From Penicillus capitatus (lineage: Eukaryota; Plantae; Chlorophyta), in NCBI GenBank assembly GCA_965649825.1, contig OZ287703.1:62001-126000 (forward strand): a stretch of DNA of 64,000 nucleotides. The letters run 5' to 3'. The position numbers and the translations under genes are program-made. Shown here in pieces: positions 47,200 through 59,431 of the stretch. How positions within the stretch are numbered: position 1 is the first letter of the stretch; each line of letters starts with the position of its first letter. The notes below the pieces were generated by a model. The model saw nothing but the letters and a program-made list of their open reading frames with translations. It was not told the DNA's origin and searched no databases.

Positions 47200-48965
47200 T
47201 ACGACTGTGAACTCATCTGTCCTCTCTATCGTTTAGAGTTCTCGTCGCGTCAAGGATTTACAACAAACAGTCTTTTCTGTTCCTAAACAATGAGTGGATG
47301 TGACTCCATTCCTGTGCGAGGCGAGACGTCGATGGTTGTCCGCCACGACGAACGACGCCGCCATTCGCATCACGATCCGAACAAACTTCACGGACAAGGG
47401 AAACCGTCGTCGCTGAGGCGCCGCTATGTTCTGCAACACATCCTCTCTGGGTCATGATGGATGTGTGGTCGTACGCATATGAAGCTTTCTGCGGCGTCCC
47501 AATGTGCTCGATCATGCAGTTAGAGACGACGGACAGTATCGATGTCGAAGCAACGGCCTAGACACTAACGCGATTCGGTGTCGGTGAAAGCAGACCACAG
47601 AAAATCGAAGGTCGAGGGCAGTGAGCAAGACCGAGTTTGCCAGTAGCAGCTTGTGCTCCATTCCGTTTGCATAGTCAGCCATCTCTCCCGGCACCCTTTT
47701 TAAGCAGCGGTACACGTGCTCCTGTTTCGAATAGTCGTGGATCGCCGCATCGATCACGTGTTCTGTGCGAGGCGTTCGAGTCCAGAGAGGACGAAGTCCT
47801 TTTCATTCAGTTATGCGTTGAACGAAATTCCGAGCTCAGGTGGATGCGAAAATGGTAAACGTAGAGAGAGGAAGGGTCTGTTCTTTGGTTTGTACTTGTA
47901 CGCTGTCTTTCCTTTACGATCATCTTCCTTGCCTTTCATCACTTCTCGAATCCTCTCTTCGTCTCACCTTCGTTGCCGTCTTGGGCACTTCGCTAGGCGA
48001 TTTCTCCTGTCATGTCGAATGTATGTCTGAGGGTCGTTGCTTGCAGGTATCCTCGTGCTGTGCAGCTTTGGTACACTCCCGGCGGTCCTCGATGCAGGAG
48101 AAGACTCGTTGGCTAGAGCAGCCTATCTACCCTCCCTGTTCTCCGTCGTCCGGGCACTCTATTAGCTCTTTCACCCCTTCACTGGATGCTGTTCGATCCA
48201 AGTCGTGCTGAGAAGAACAGTCGTCAACTGTGCGAGCAATCACCTACACATTTGCGACGCCCTTGCAGAAATGGTTGTCTAGTCAAGCCACAGAAGGTCC
48301 GTCTTCTTAGCTCCACAGACCAGCACTGGAAATTAAGAATGTGGATAACGACACCGATTTCCATCTGTGTCGATTCGACAGAAAGAAGCAAAACTGCGAT
48401 GTCCTCTGGAGCTGCACAGCAGTGCAGGCAGAACCGAGTGTGACATTGGTGTCGTGTAGCCAAGAACCCGTTGCCTGCTTCGTGACAAGTCAACTCCCTC
48501 TCACGCCGGAATACTCCATCTGTTGCGCTTCTCGATGACAAGCAGAGAGGTGCAAGAGTAGTGCCCATGTGAAGAACGCAAGAGACGTTACTGGATGAGC
48601 ATGCAGGGATCTTGGACAGACTCCTGTAGCAGGACACGTCATCTCAACTCTGGCAGTGATGCTATTCGGTATGCTTCGTGCGTATGTGCAGGTTTCCATC
48701 CCTTTAGACTTCTATTCCAACGCCCCTGCTACAGCACAGCCAGCAACCAAAGCAGACAGATGATGTGGACAGGTAAAGACAGAGTGTGTGTGGCACAGGT
48801 AGACCTTACGATGTCCTTACGTAATGACCCTTCCATGTCTTTGTGTCCATCTGGCCACGAAGCGCATGCATAAAGGCCGATCTTCCGTCGACCATTCGTC
48901 CATTTCGCGTTTAACTCCGGCCAGCACACGACAGTTCTGTCGTCCGGTTGCGCGGCACTTGGAAG

Positions 48966-51192
48966 ATGACAACCAACGGGCTTCTCAGTGCCTTGTTCTG
49001 CTTCTTGGTCTTCGGACCTCATCCGTCCGTTGGCAGTCACGGTCCGCAGAGCATGAATGTCTTCGAAGCTGACTCTTACTCTTGCTCTGTCAGAACCCGG
49101 CGCTACAGCGCATTCCTTGTCCAGCGTATTTGTCCAGCGCGAAGTCGCGGTAAGCTTCCATCGTTGTCATTTTGTGTGCGTCGACATTCTGCGCGTGTCC
49201 TGTGCTGCAGAAGGCCGGAGAATCGCTTCATGGTAGAGCCTCCGGTGTGCTCAGTGTGGCACAACTGTCTCGTTTTTCAGAAGACGGCGAATTCGTTGCT
49301 CGTCGCGACTACGCCAAATCGAACACTGCGGTACGGGTATTGCATGCAGCACGAATGTTGTGGTGGGAAGCGTTTCGTTTCGCAGGCTCTCATCGTTGAC
49401 GAAGCGAACGTCAACAAACCTTCGGCCAATGACTGGCCTCCGCTTCATCAGGCAACGCTCGACAGAGACTTGCAGAAAGTCGAGGTAAAGAGAGAGCGCA
49501 TTTTGCTGTCACTAGACCAGTCCTGTAGGCTCTCTTGAAAGGTGGATCCGATGTCGACGGCGGCGACGGCGGCGAGATCGGACTCACTGCGCTACACATC
49601 GCAGCGGGATTCGGATACACAGAGATTATCGAGGTAAACACTTGAAGCGTTCTCGCAGTAAATTTATTCTCGAGTTTGTGGCTCCAGGCCCTCTTAGCTC
49701 ACAACGCGGACATGAATATCGTAGACAACGACAAATGCACGCCTGTGATGTACGCAGCGCGTTATGGTTTCACAGAGAGCGTCGAGGTAAACGCTCGAAG
49801 AATTTTCGCATTCACTCACTCTTCCTTGTCGCATCTCTTTAGGTTCTCCTAACGCACGGGGCGAATCCCGACGAGGTCGAGAGATACGGATACACTGCGT
49901 TAAACTACGCAGCACAAGAAGGACATACAGAGACTGTTAAGGTAAACACTTAAAGCGTTCTCGCATTTACCTTTTTTGAAATTGCGTCTTCAGGCTTTGG
50001 TAGCTCACAACGCTGACGTGAATATCGCCAACGAGAAAGATTGGACACCTGTGATGTACGCAGCGCGTTATGGTTTCACAGAGATCGCCAACGTAGACAT
50101 TCGAAGAATTTTCGCATTCACTCACTCTTCCTTGTCGCATCTCTTTAGGTTCTCCTAACGCACGGGGCGAATCCCGACGCCTAAGATACGACGGGTTCAC
50201 GTCTCTGATGTACGCAGCGTCTTATGGTTTCACAGAGATCGCCAAGGTAGACATTCGAAGCGTTCTCGCGTCTACCCACCTTTTTCTGGTCGCGTCTCTT
50301 CAGGCTCTCATGACTCACAAGGCGGACGTAAATATCGCAAGTGACGACGGATGCACCGCTCTCATGTACGCAATAAGGAAAAGATGTACAGAGATTGTCG
50401 AGGTAAACACTCGAAGCGTTCTCGTATTTACCCTTTTTCGAATTTGCGTCTTCAGGCTCTGGTAGCTCACAAGGCGGATGTGAATATTGCAGACAACGAC
50501 GGATATACTCCTCTTCTGCGTGCACTGTATCTCGGGTACACAGAAATTATCGAGGTGAGCACTCGAACTGTTCTCGCATTTGTTATTTACCAGCCGTGTA
50601 TCCCTTTAGACTCTCATAGAGCACGGAGCGGATGTAAACCTTGCAAATAACGACGGAACAACGCCTCTTATGCGTACAATCTCGGCCAGGTACACAGAAA
50701 TTGCCAAGGTGAGCTCTCGGAGTGTTCTCGCACTTGCCATTTTCCAGTCTCGATTCTTCAGCTTCTCCTGAGAAAAGGGGCGAATCCTAACGCCGTAGAC
50801 AGATCCTCGTACACGCCTCTCTTAAGGGCAGCGCGTAATGGACGCACAGAGATCGTCAGGGTGAACACTCGAAGTGTTATCGCAGTTCCGTTGTTCCGAT
50901 ATCATGTCTTCAGGCACTCGTGGAAAAAGGGGCAGATGTCGACGCCACCAACACAGCCGGATTGGCGGCGCTTCACTTTGCAGCGAGGAATGGATATGTG
51001 CAAATCGTTGAAGTGCGTTTTTGCTGTTGTTTCACTACCTGAGTCTCTTTCCAGATTCTTGTTGATGCTGGAGCATCGAAGTCCCTCAAGACGAACTACG
51101 GACTGAAACCGGTAGACTTCGTTTGTACTTATTCTGGCGTCATTTGTTCTGAGACGATTAAATCCGTCCTCATCAAGTTGTTGACTCCTTGA
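48966..51192 (+). CDS. Secreted ankyrin-repeat protein 3 (11 one-repeat exons, one frameshifted; 138-nt cap)
   Basis: Signal exon 48966-49041 (MTTNGLLSALFCFLVFG); micro-exons 49094-49149, 49211-49232, 49281-49330. Repeat exons from 49386-49484 to 50914-51012; exon 50149-50246 is 98 nt with TAA; cap 51055-51192. Confidence 0.75.
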
Positions 51193-51529
51193 CACGTATT
51201 CTGTCTGACCATTTCCCAAATCTGCGGCATTTTTTTGATAACACTCCTGCGACAACACATTTTGTGCGTTAGCCACTCTTTTTGCGAGGTCGGCGGTTAG
51301 AGAACTTCGATGAACGGATTGTGCCCGTCGTTCTGCTAGAAGTTCGATCGATTCCGTATTGTGCTTTTTTGCCAGCGACAACATAAGAACCTGTAGAGGT
51401 CGCGAACACATTCTTTCGACCGATTCTCCTTCGCGAGGAGAGGTCTCGGTGCAACTGCACTCAGGGAACGCATAATACCATTCACTTGCGGCGTTCTTCT
51501 TTCTCATATCTTTATCTCAGAGGGTGGCA

Positions 51530-52606
51530 GGTTTCGGGAAAGGAAGTTCAATCTCTCGGGTTGTTTGCCTGTGGACGGAATTGAAATCAACAAAGGGGGT
51601 TAGTGAATTTCGCCGAGCTCCGCACGACGCGTCTCTTCTCTGCCTTCTCGTCTCATAGTGTCTCGTTCGACGCAGTGGATCGACACGACAGAAGTGTCTC
51701 CTCTGAGATCGAGACTTCATACAACCAGTCAGCCCATTCTCTGTTCGAGAGATATACATGCAGTTGAAAGCGAATGTCTTCTCAGAGTCCGGAGACCACG
51801 CACTTCTGCGAGAAAGGAGAAAGGTCGTCTATGGACACCTGATGCTGCATCGTAGTGTTGTCGATAACTGCAACACAGACGTTTCGTTGAATTGGCAGAA
51901 GAGCGAATGCGACACAGCGATAGGCCTTTCAAGTTTAAAGCGCAAGATGGCATCTCTTTACCGCCCACTCTTCCTCTCGGCCGTCTACACAGTCGAGTCG
52001 TGTGTCCGATAGTCGATGACGGTTCCCTCTCAGTTCGGACTCGCATCGCGGCAAAGCGTCCTGCGTCAGCCGCAGCCTTTCTCGCATCGCCTGTATCGTT
52101 GCCTTCAGGGCGGCTGCCTCATGCACTGTCATCTCCGCGCACTTGGTTGGTATCTCCTACGACTGAAACCTCGCGACCATCTCAGCCAACAGTCCGACAG
52201 TTTCCTTCGCTCGGTTTTCGATCTCCACCTCACAGCTCCTTCCGCCAGTCTCCCATCTCCTCTGCATGCGTTCGTGCAACGTCCTCCCGCACCCCCTGCG
52301 TTGGTACGTCGCCCGCTCGGTGACGTGAGCTTCGTTAAAAAGTGGATCCAGAGACGGCGCCGTTTCAGGCATCGCAGAGAAGTTCTCGGAAAACTAGCGC
52401 GGGCGGCGATCTCATATGCGTCTTCACGGAGTCCGTGACGCGCAGCAGAGAGAGACCACGGCCTGTGCGTCGCGCCATCTGGCCTCTTGCGCCTTGACCC
52501 TATGCTCTCTCTGTGCAAGTTCGGCCTTCCTGGCCGCCAACATCTCCGACGATAGCGTGTTCTGAATCTCCAACGCTTTTATGCGTTGCTCCACAGCTAC
52601 GTTCAT
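51530..52606 (-). CDS. Probable multi-exon coiled-coil protein; 3' end uncertain
   Basis: Heptad-rich fragments (EQRIKALEIQN..RKAELAQRE; EAAALKATIQAMRERLRL) separated by plausible short introns. Confidence 0.4.
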
Positions 52607-52711
52607 CGTCGGTAAACGGCACAAACGTCATGTCAGGAAGAAAACCGAACGCATCTTCTGCAGCAGATCGCCTTTGCGTGTCACATCTGACGGAGGACGC
52701 AGGAAACGCCC

Positions 52712-54352
52712 ATGATGCATCGTTTTGTGCAGAGCTGGGCCAGCGACGCACGTCGGCTGCTCCATTCGCGTTTCTTCGCTGCCGCTCAGACTCGGTCTGG
52801 CGTTTCGCAAGTCGATCTTCTTTACCCATCTTCTTCCAGATGCCCGCCCCTCGCGCAAAGACGCGTCGACGCCAAGACGACAATGCGCTGTGCGGGCGCG
52901 ATGCAGCTGCGCGGGATTCATTTCGCCTCAGATGAGCGCTTAGAGGTGGAAGATTATATGGAGGGGATCAAAAGCCATCTGAAAACCACAGCTGACTACG
53001 ATCGTGCCATGCATCGTCTGATGACTGATCGCTTCTACCCTTGCATCATCGATCTCTTCGAAGAAATGAAGTCCAACGGCGTCGCCATTGACATCAGGAT
53101 CCATATGGCAATCATAAAAGCCTACACGCGGATGAACAGACTGGACATGGCGAAAAAGGTTTTCGACGATGTCGTGACCTCGGGGATGAAGCCAGACAAG
53201 TTCGTGTTCAATACCCTCGTCAATGGCCATAAAAGCACCGGCGAAGTTGACGCCGCATTCGAGACATTTCGCATGATGCAGGAAGATTATGGGATTGTGC
53301 CTGATTTAGTGACCTACCGTTCGCTGATCACTGTCTGCGGCAAAGGGAAGGATGTCGGTCGTGCAAAAGAGACGTTTCACCAAACGATCGAGAAATTTGG
53401 AGCAGACGCGCGCAGCTTCAACACCATGTTGGAGGTCTATGCCGAAAACGCCGACAGTGACACTGGCGAGGCGTACCTGCAGGAATGCAAGGACCTGCTG
53501 GCATCGATGGAATCGAAAGGGATTACACCCAATGCGTTCACCTATGTGCATTTGCTCAGATTGTATGCCAAACTGGGACAATCAGATGAGGCACTGGATT
53601 ACCTGAAGAAATTTTTCAGTACCGATGTGGAGTGCAATATCTTCTCGTTTGATTTCGTCTTCCGCTCGTTCATGGATCTGGAGCTAACAGAGAAGGAACT
53701 TGAGACCCATATTGTCCGCTGTTTCGATCGTATGCAGGAGCTCAAGCTGAGGCCATCGCACATCACATTTGATTGCATCATAGATATCTACGAGGCGAAA
53801 TCAGATGTGAGCAAGGCGTTGGAATTCCTGGAGAGACTGTCGAGGGAGCATATGCATGGCGCTGGTCGCTGTGGAGAGAACTTCGCCGCACAGTTGAAAA
53901 TTGTTCAGCGCCTGTGGGCGAGTGGCATGTGTTCGCAAGAGGAAGCTCTGAGGAAGTCGTCTGAGGTGGTAAACATGTCGAAGTCGTTCCACGTCTCCCT
54001 GCCGTACCGTGCCTACAGGACGTGGTTCGCCATGTGCCTCAAGGCATCCGATGTGGATCGCGCGCTTGAGTGCTGGAGTGATACTACAACAGGAATTCGA
54101 TGGCCATCGTCCCTGGCGACAGAGTCGATGATTCGACTTGCTCTGGATCACGACCGTGTCCACGATGCCGTGAGAGTGCTGAAGGATAAAGAGATTACGC
54201 CGAACGAAGGCGCATACGAGGCGATCTTGGCATACTGTGCCCAGAAGAGCGACACGGAGAATGCGGAGACGGTCTTCGAATACATGAAAGAAGTCAAAGT
54301 GGAACCGAACGAAGCGATTCAAGAACACCTGGGCGCTTTGCAGTTAGTTTGA
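52712..54352 (+). CDS. Intronless P-type pentatricopeptide repeat protein, probably organelle-targeted
   Basis: 35-aa repeats, e.g. PDKFVFNTLVNGHKSTGEVDAAFETFRMMQEDYGI-VPDLVTYRSLITVCGK; R/S-rich N-terminus. Confidence 0.92.
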   Translation: MMHRFVQSWASDARRLLHSRFFAAAQTRSGVSQVDLLYPSSSRCPPLAQRRVDAKTTMRCAGAMQLRGIHFASDERLEVEDYMEGIKSHLKTTADYDRAMHRLMTDRFYPCIIDLFEEMKSNGVAIDIRIHMAIIKAYTRMNRLDMAKKVFDDVVTSGMKPDKFVFNTLVNGHKSTGEVDAAFETFRMMQEDYGIVPDLVTYRSLITVCGKGKDVGRAKETFHQTIEKFGADARSFNTMLEVYAENADSDTGEAYLQECKDLLASMESKGITPNAFTYVHLLRLYAKLGQSDEALDYLKKFFSTDVECNIFSFDFVFRSFMDLELTEKELETHIVRCFDRMQELKLRPSHITFDCIIDIYEAKSDVSKALEFLERLSREHMHGAGRCGENFAAQLKIVQRLWASGMCSQEEALRKSSEVVNMSKSFHVSLPYRAYRTWFAMCLKASDVDRALECWSDTTTGIRWPSSLATESMIRLALDHDRVHDAVRVLKDKEITPNEGAYEAILAYCAQKSDTENAETVFEYMKEVKVEPNEAIQEHLGALQLV

Positions 54353-55090
54353 GATGTTCTGCCTCGGCCGATGTTAAGAAAGAGTGACAGACGTTTAAGC
54401 GGAGGGAGACGTTGATGTGTTGCAACCATCCGTTAGACATCGCGTAAACGATCGATAATGCACGAGTCGGCACGTCTCTGTCGAGAACAGGACTCGGATT
54501 CCGTCCGTGTCCGGAGAGAAGATCATTCGCCACGAAAACGGACGTTCGATTTCTGGAGATTCTCTCGTTGCTTGCCAAGATGGAGAGATTTGCGTTGCAT
54601 GTCAGGAACGGATGAGCCGTACGGCGCGACGACTCTTCTCTAAGTTCGTGAGGCATTCGCTGCCTTGTTTTATGCAATTTCATACTGCTGTTATCGATAG
54701 TGTGTTTTTATCAGACAAACAATTATGTGCGTAAGCGCCGTTGAAACGAGATTCTCATGTTCATAAACTGCGATGGATTTCGCTACCGAGTGCAGGAGAG
54801 CGGAGGGATCCGCTTCCCGACAGCACCGCACCGCATCTGCGTTCCCTTACGGCGAATGCTCTCCTCTTCTGGCAGAAGAAACGCATTCGATCCGGCTGGA
54901 ACCACCGCCAACGGCGCCGTGTGCGGCTGTCCGTCCACTCTCCGTCGCATGAGCGACCGAGTAGCGGACACAGTGTTCGCAATGAAACAGGAAAATAGAG
55001 ATGTGGAATCACAAGAACGAAAGCAAGGGACGGAAAGCGATGAATCGCCGTCCCCTTATCGGAAAGCCCAACGGCCCTCTTCCCTTCCGG

Positions 55091-57071
55091 CTATTGGAAT
55101 CTCCCCCTTTTCTTACGCTGCCTTTCCTCTTTCGTGACGAACATACCTAGGAACTTATGCAACCTGAGACGACTCTTAGGATACACAACCTTACAAAAGA
55201 GACAGTCGTAAAGATTCAATTCTCTAAGCAACCCGCTACGCAACTGAACCTTGATACAAAGCTCGACCCTCACATATTTTCTGTCTGTTAAGCCAAAGTA
55301 GGGGGAGACCGAATTGAGCCTTTGCGATGACGTCTGTGTTGGATCGAAGAAGGCGACGGCATTGAGAGCGCCATCGCCAATGGACTGAACGACATCGAGC
55401 GAAAACGCTTCGGCATCCGGCGCCTTTGCCACGATCGACGCGATCTTGTCGATCGGAATGTGCAGCTGGGGATCGTAGGCGAGATCGATACGGAGACGAA
55501 AACGCTCGCCGCGTTTCAGAATGTAGACGGGACTGTCCTCGAGGAAATTGTCGAAGAAGGCGAGAGGCTCCCGAGACGCCCGATCGCAAAACGCCAGCGA
55601 TCGATCGTCGTCTGTGGCAAACATCTCGACATCGATTTCGAAACGCATGTGCTGCAAGAGGAAACACCGAAGCGCCCATTCGAACAGCTCCCGATCCATA
55701 CCAGCTGGCACATCGCCGACCTGACAGGCAGCGATCGGCGAAAGAACGTACGAAATATTATCGACACGTACGGTGTTCAGCAGGTCGATCATTCGCGTCG
55801 CGTCCGCGGTCCATCGAAAAAGTTTGTCTTCCAGGGCATCGGACGCTGTGTGCCGTTTCGTCGGGTCCTTCTGTAGCAGTGCACGGAGAAACGCGTCATC
55901 TTCGTCTCCCTTCACGCCATCTGGGGATGTCTCCAAGAGCTTGACGATGCCGAAGGCGTTTCGAACTGAGGAACCTGACAGCGAAACAAAAGCGGTGGTG
56001 CTGGTCTAGTGACATGACTTACAGGTGAGGACTTCAAAGGCGACGACACCGAAGGACCACATGTCCATCGAAGGCTCCATGCCGATCTGCTTCGGTCCTT
56101 GTCTGACGGTTCGGGTCAGTTCAGGACACGCAAATCGTCCAGCGTTCGATGGAACATCCGGTTCTCCCGTGGGCGATGCCGAAGAGAGTCCGATGAGTTT
56201 CCAAGTGGAGTCTGCCGAGAACCACATGACGTGTGACGGATCCAGATGGCCATGAACGATGCCTTGACTGTGAATGCACTCCAACGACCGCAAGATCTGT
56301 ACTACACAATCGCCGTCTGCGGTCTGGGACGGAGATGGCTTACGGAATGGAGGAGATCTCTGCGCTCGCTTATGGGCATCAACCAACGGGACATAAATTC
56401 GGCGAGTGTGTAGCAACCCCTTTCTAGCACCAGACAAGGAGGCAGTCCCTGAACATCGGTGACTGTCGCCAGCACTCTGCAGACGTGTCTGCGACGGCCT
56501 TGCAAGGCTCTGTGCGCGGCGAGTGCTTTCTGGAAGGCGGCAAGACGATGCTGAGGGTTGAAGAACTTTAAGAAGACTTCTTGGCCAGTGGACTGTTCGA
56601 CGGCGTAGAGGCAGTGTGGCTGATCTGGGTTGCGCTTTGATTGGATCCGGTACCTGCCATGGCCTCGCTCTCAGCGCATTCATGCTCGATTGGTGCGTTA
56701 TGTACTTTCCGGCAAAGAGGACGCCGTCTTTGAAGAGAGAAAGCTTCTTTGCGTCGAAATCCGCAGCATTGAAGCCATTTTCGCCGACGTCGGCGGTTGG
56801 CGTCTTATCACTAATTGCCAGTTGAAGAGAACGAGAGTTAGATGATGAGGGCACATACCTTATGTCAGCTGGCGGCGTTGAAACGCACGCTGGGGCATTC
56901 AATTGAGAGAGTGGGTATGTGGTGTTGTCTCGGACAGCTTTCTTGTGTTCTACACAAACGCACGTGATCTCCACCCATGTTCCGAAACTGCAAAGGAGGA
57001 ACCGGTAGGCAGAGATGGGCGGTCCGCAGGAGCATCGATGCAATTTGATGGAGCATTATGTCGGCTGACAT
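55091..57071 (-). CDS. Protein-kinase-fold protein, probable pseudokinase, with a C-terminal extra domain; start uncertain
   Basis: PPCLVLERG, subdomain VIb HGHLDPSHV, VII WKLIGLS, IX DMWSFGVVAFEVLT, XI DPTKRHTASDAL. Confidence 0.75.
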
Positions 57072-59431
57072 GATGTTCGGGCGCTTGGTTTGAATTCGTC
57101 GCGGAGGAGGACTTCGACGAACGTGGTCGCTGAAAAGGGAAGTGGTGTTTTGGACGGGTGCTGCTGCGACTGGATGTCGTTAGATGTCTTGTCTCCGCCG
57201 TTATTGCCGACTTATTGCGAAATGGCGGCGCGTGTTTTTTGCTACGAATGCGACCGGGAAAACGTAAAAGGAGCCAAGAAAGAGACCATATATGCTTCGT
57301 CCGTGCCGGAGAGTGGTCGCCGACACTGCTGTCGTCCACGCGTCCTAATGACAGCAAAGAGTAATGATGTGATGCGCCGTCACGTTAGAGAAACTTATTC
57401 TATCAAATAACGCTACGCACCGGAAGCATCGTGTCGCGAGACCATTCTGAGAAGTGCACGCGCGAAGATAGAAAACACACTGTGAAAGAAATGTCACTTG
57501 TTTTAGACATGACTAAGTGTTCTTTTTTGGGGGGCCTTTTCAAACGGCGGCTGCCCTTTTTTCAAGGCGGCTCAGGACGGCTGTCCCTCTCTGGTCCTCA
57601 AACGGAAGGGGGCTCATATTTCATAGCACTTCTGTAGATAAATAACCTGAAAAAGGGCCCTACCATTCTCCTGCGCCTCCCTTCAGCAGCGGGAGGAGAC
57701 ACGGGAGCCTTACGGTAAGGGCGCGCGGAAGCTGCTCTGTGCTGAGTGGTTGGGCTAAGCAACCGTCTTCCCTCTAACAGACAACTAACTCCGCACAATT
57801 TGTTATGCGTCGTACTTCATGCCTCTTCAGTTCTTTACCTTCGCCGTACGAAACAAATGTCACTGCTAACTAACTCTGCAACGGAATGGGGTCACACATC
57901 ATCACTTTCTACAGACCATCCCTGTCGCAGAGGCCAGCGTAGATGCCAACCAAGGACACAGCACAGTCTTTACTACCGATACCCGACACTCCTGGATCCA
58001 ACGCTTCTTCACGAGGAGCAAAGCAGAAGTGAAGAAGGCAAAGATGACAGCCCGACAGACAGGAACAGCGGATTCTGGGCGATGATGTACAATCATTGGG
58101 TCGCTTATGCCAACCGAGATGTGCTTAGCAGATATCAATAGAGGCCGCAGATGTGACTGCGGATGCCAGATGACACTTCGCAGCGCAGATCGCATTCGTT
58201 TTCACTCGAATGCATCCAGTTTCGTGTGCTTCTGATCGACGACGCCAAAAAACGGTGAGATGACGTGCAGGCCGAAACACGACGGCTTCGATTGTTTTCC
58301 CGTGGAGACACCGGATCGACTCCAACTCCACAATACCCTCCTCATCGGAGTCGGAAAAGGAAAATGGCGTGGCAACGCCCCCGAACGGAAGAGGTTTTCT
58401 TCATCTGTTGGCACAAAGATATGCAATCGTGCATCTTGCCGGCGGCGGCATAGGAATAAGATGCCCCAACAGATAGCGATCGCAGAATCGCAACGCCTCC
58501 TGCGCGCTGCTCGGTCTGAGAAAACACTCAGTGCATAGCGCTCTGCTGAATTATCGTTCAGCACTGGCCAACATGTCCACTCTGGCCATTGGTAGAGATG
58601 TCTGTCGACTTCGCCGTTGGCCACAACGACTTAAAGACAACTGAGCGGCAGGAGAGAGGTGGAGACAGAGATCGTTCGGCCAAGAGACAAGAACAACGGC
58701 CTTGACGCAAGGAACAGAAGAGTCTGTCGCTCCATGGCCACTGATTTGGGAAGGCTGAGAACATATCTGGCAGCTGTGAGCAGAGCGAATCCAGCCATCG
58801 TCGTCATCCCTTCGACCGAATCTCTTGTCCGTCACACATCTGGGATCGGCGATCTTCGAGGCTCCGGGATCACGGAGAGACAAAGATCGCAGAGACACGT
58901 CTACGGACTCTAAGAAAGATTTGCTGCGTGTATCGAGATTTGCGCACGATCTGAGTACGGGCTGCGTTCCGACGTCGGCTGACGTGTGACGCCTGAGAAT
59001 CTTTTGCAAGGAAATCGGGTGATACTTGTCGTCGCTGCTTGCCCTTTATCAGTTATCGCAGCCAACACTCTCATCCATCCACAAGGTATCTCGCTGATAA
59101 CAATTGCCAGAACAGACGCACCGTCATCCGAAAACTTAGCGAGGAGCACCGGCCAAAGGAAAATCTGTCAACAGCTTAAAACAGAATCTGTCGATACGTT
59201 CAAAAGAACAGGGACAGTAACTTCCCCTCCTAAAGGACAACACTCTCCAATGCTCAAACGATAGAGAGTGCACAAAAGAGATCCAACCCGCTTGCGGAGA
59301 CTAAGATTCAACCAACTGGCCGACGCTCAAAGATTGCAGCACGCTAGCCACAAATGCTGGACAGGCTCCTCTTGGATGCATGAAGGGAAGGGGTAGCGTA
59401 ACACAGTCCGTTGTTCGCTGTGTTGATCACG

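Noticed and set aside
47258-48540. Scattered minus-strand ORF fragments as a gene (also 42330-43650 and 57746-59264)
   Set aside because: Could not assemble a consistent spliced model or recognise a domain.
57531-57660. 130-bp segment with GGGCC-type ~12-bp terminal inverted repeats as a PIF/Harbinger MITE
   Set aside because: TIRs are imperfect, there is no TAA/TTA target duplication, and only one copy occurs in the window.
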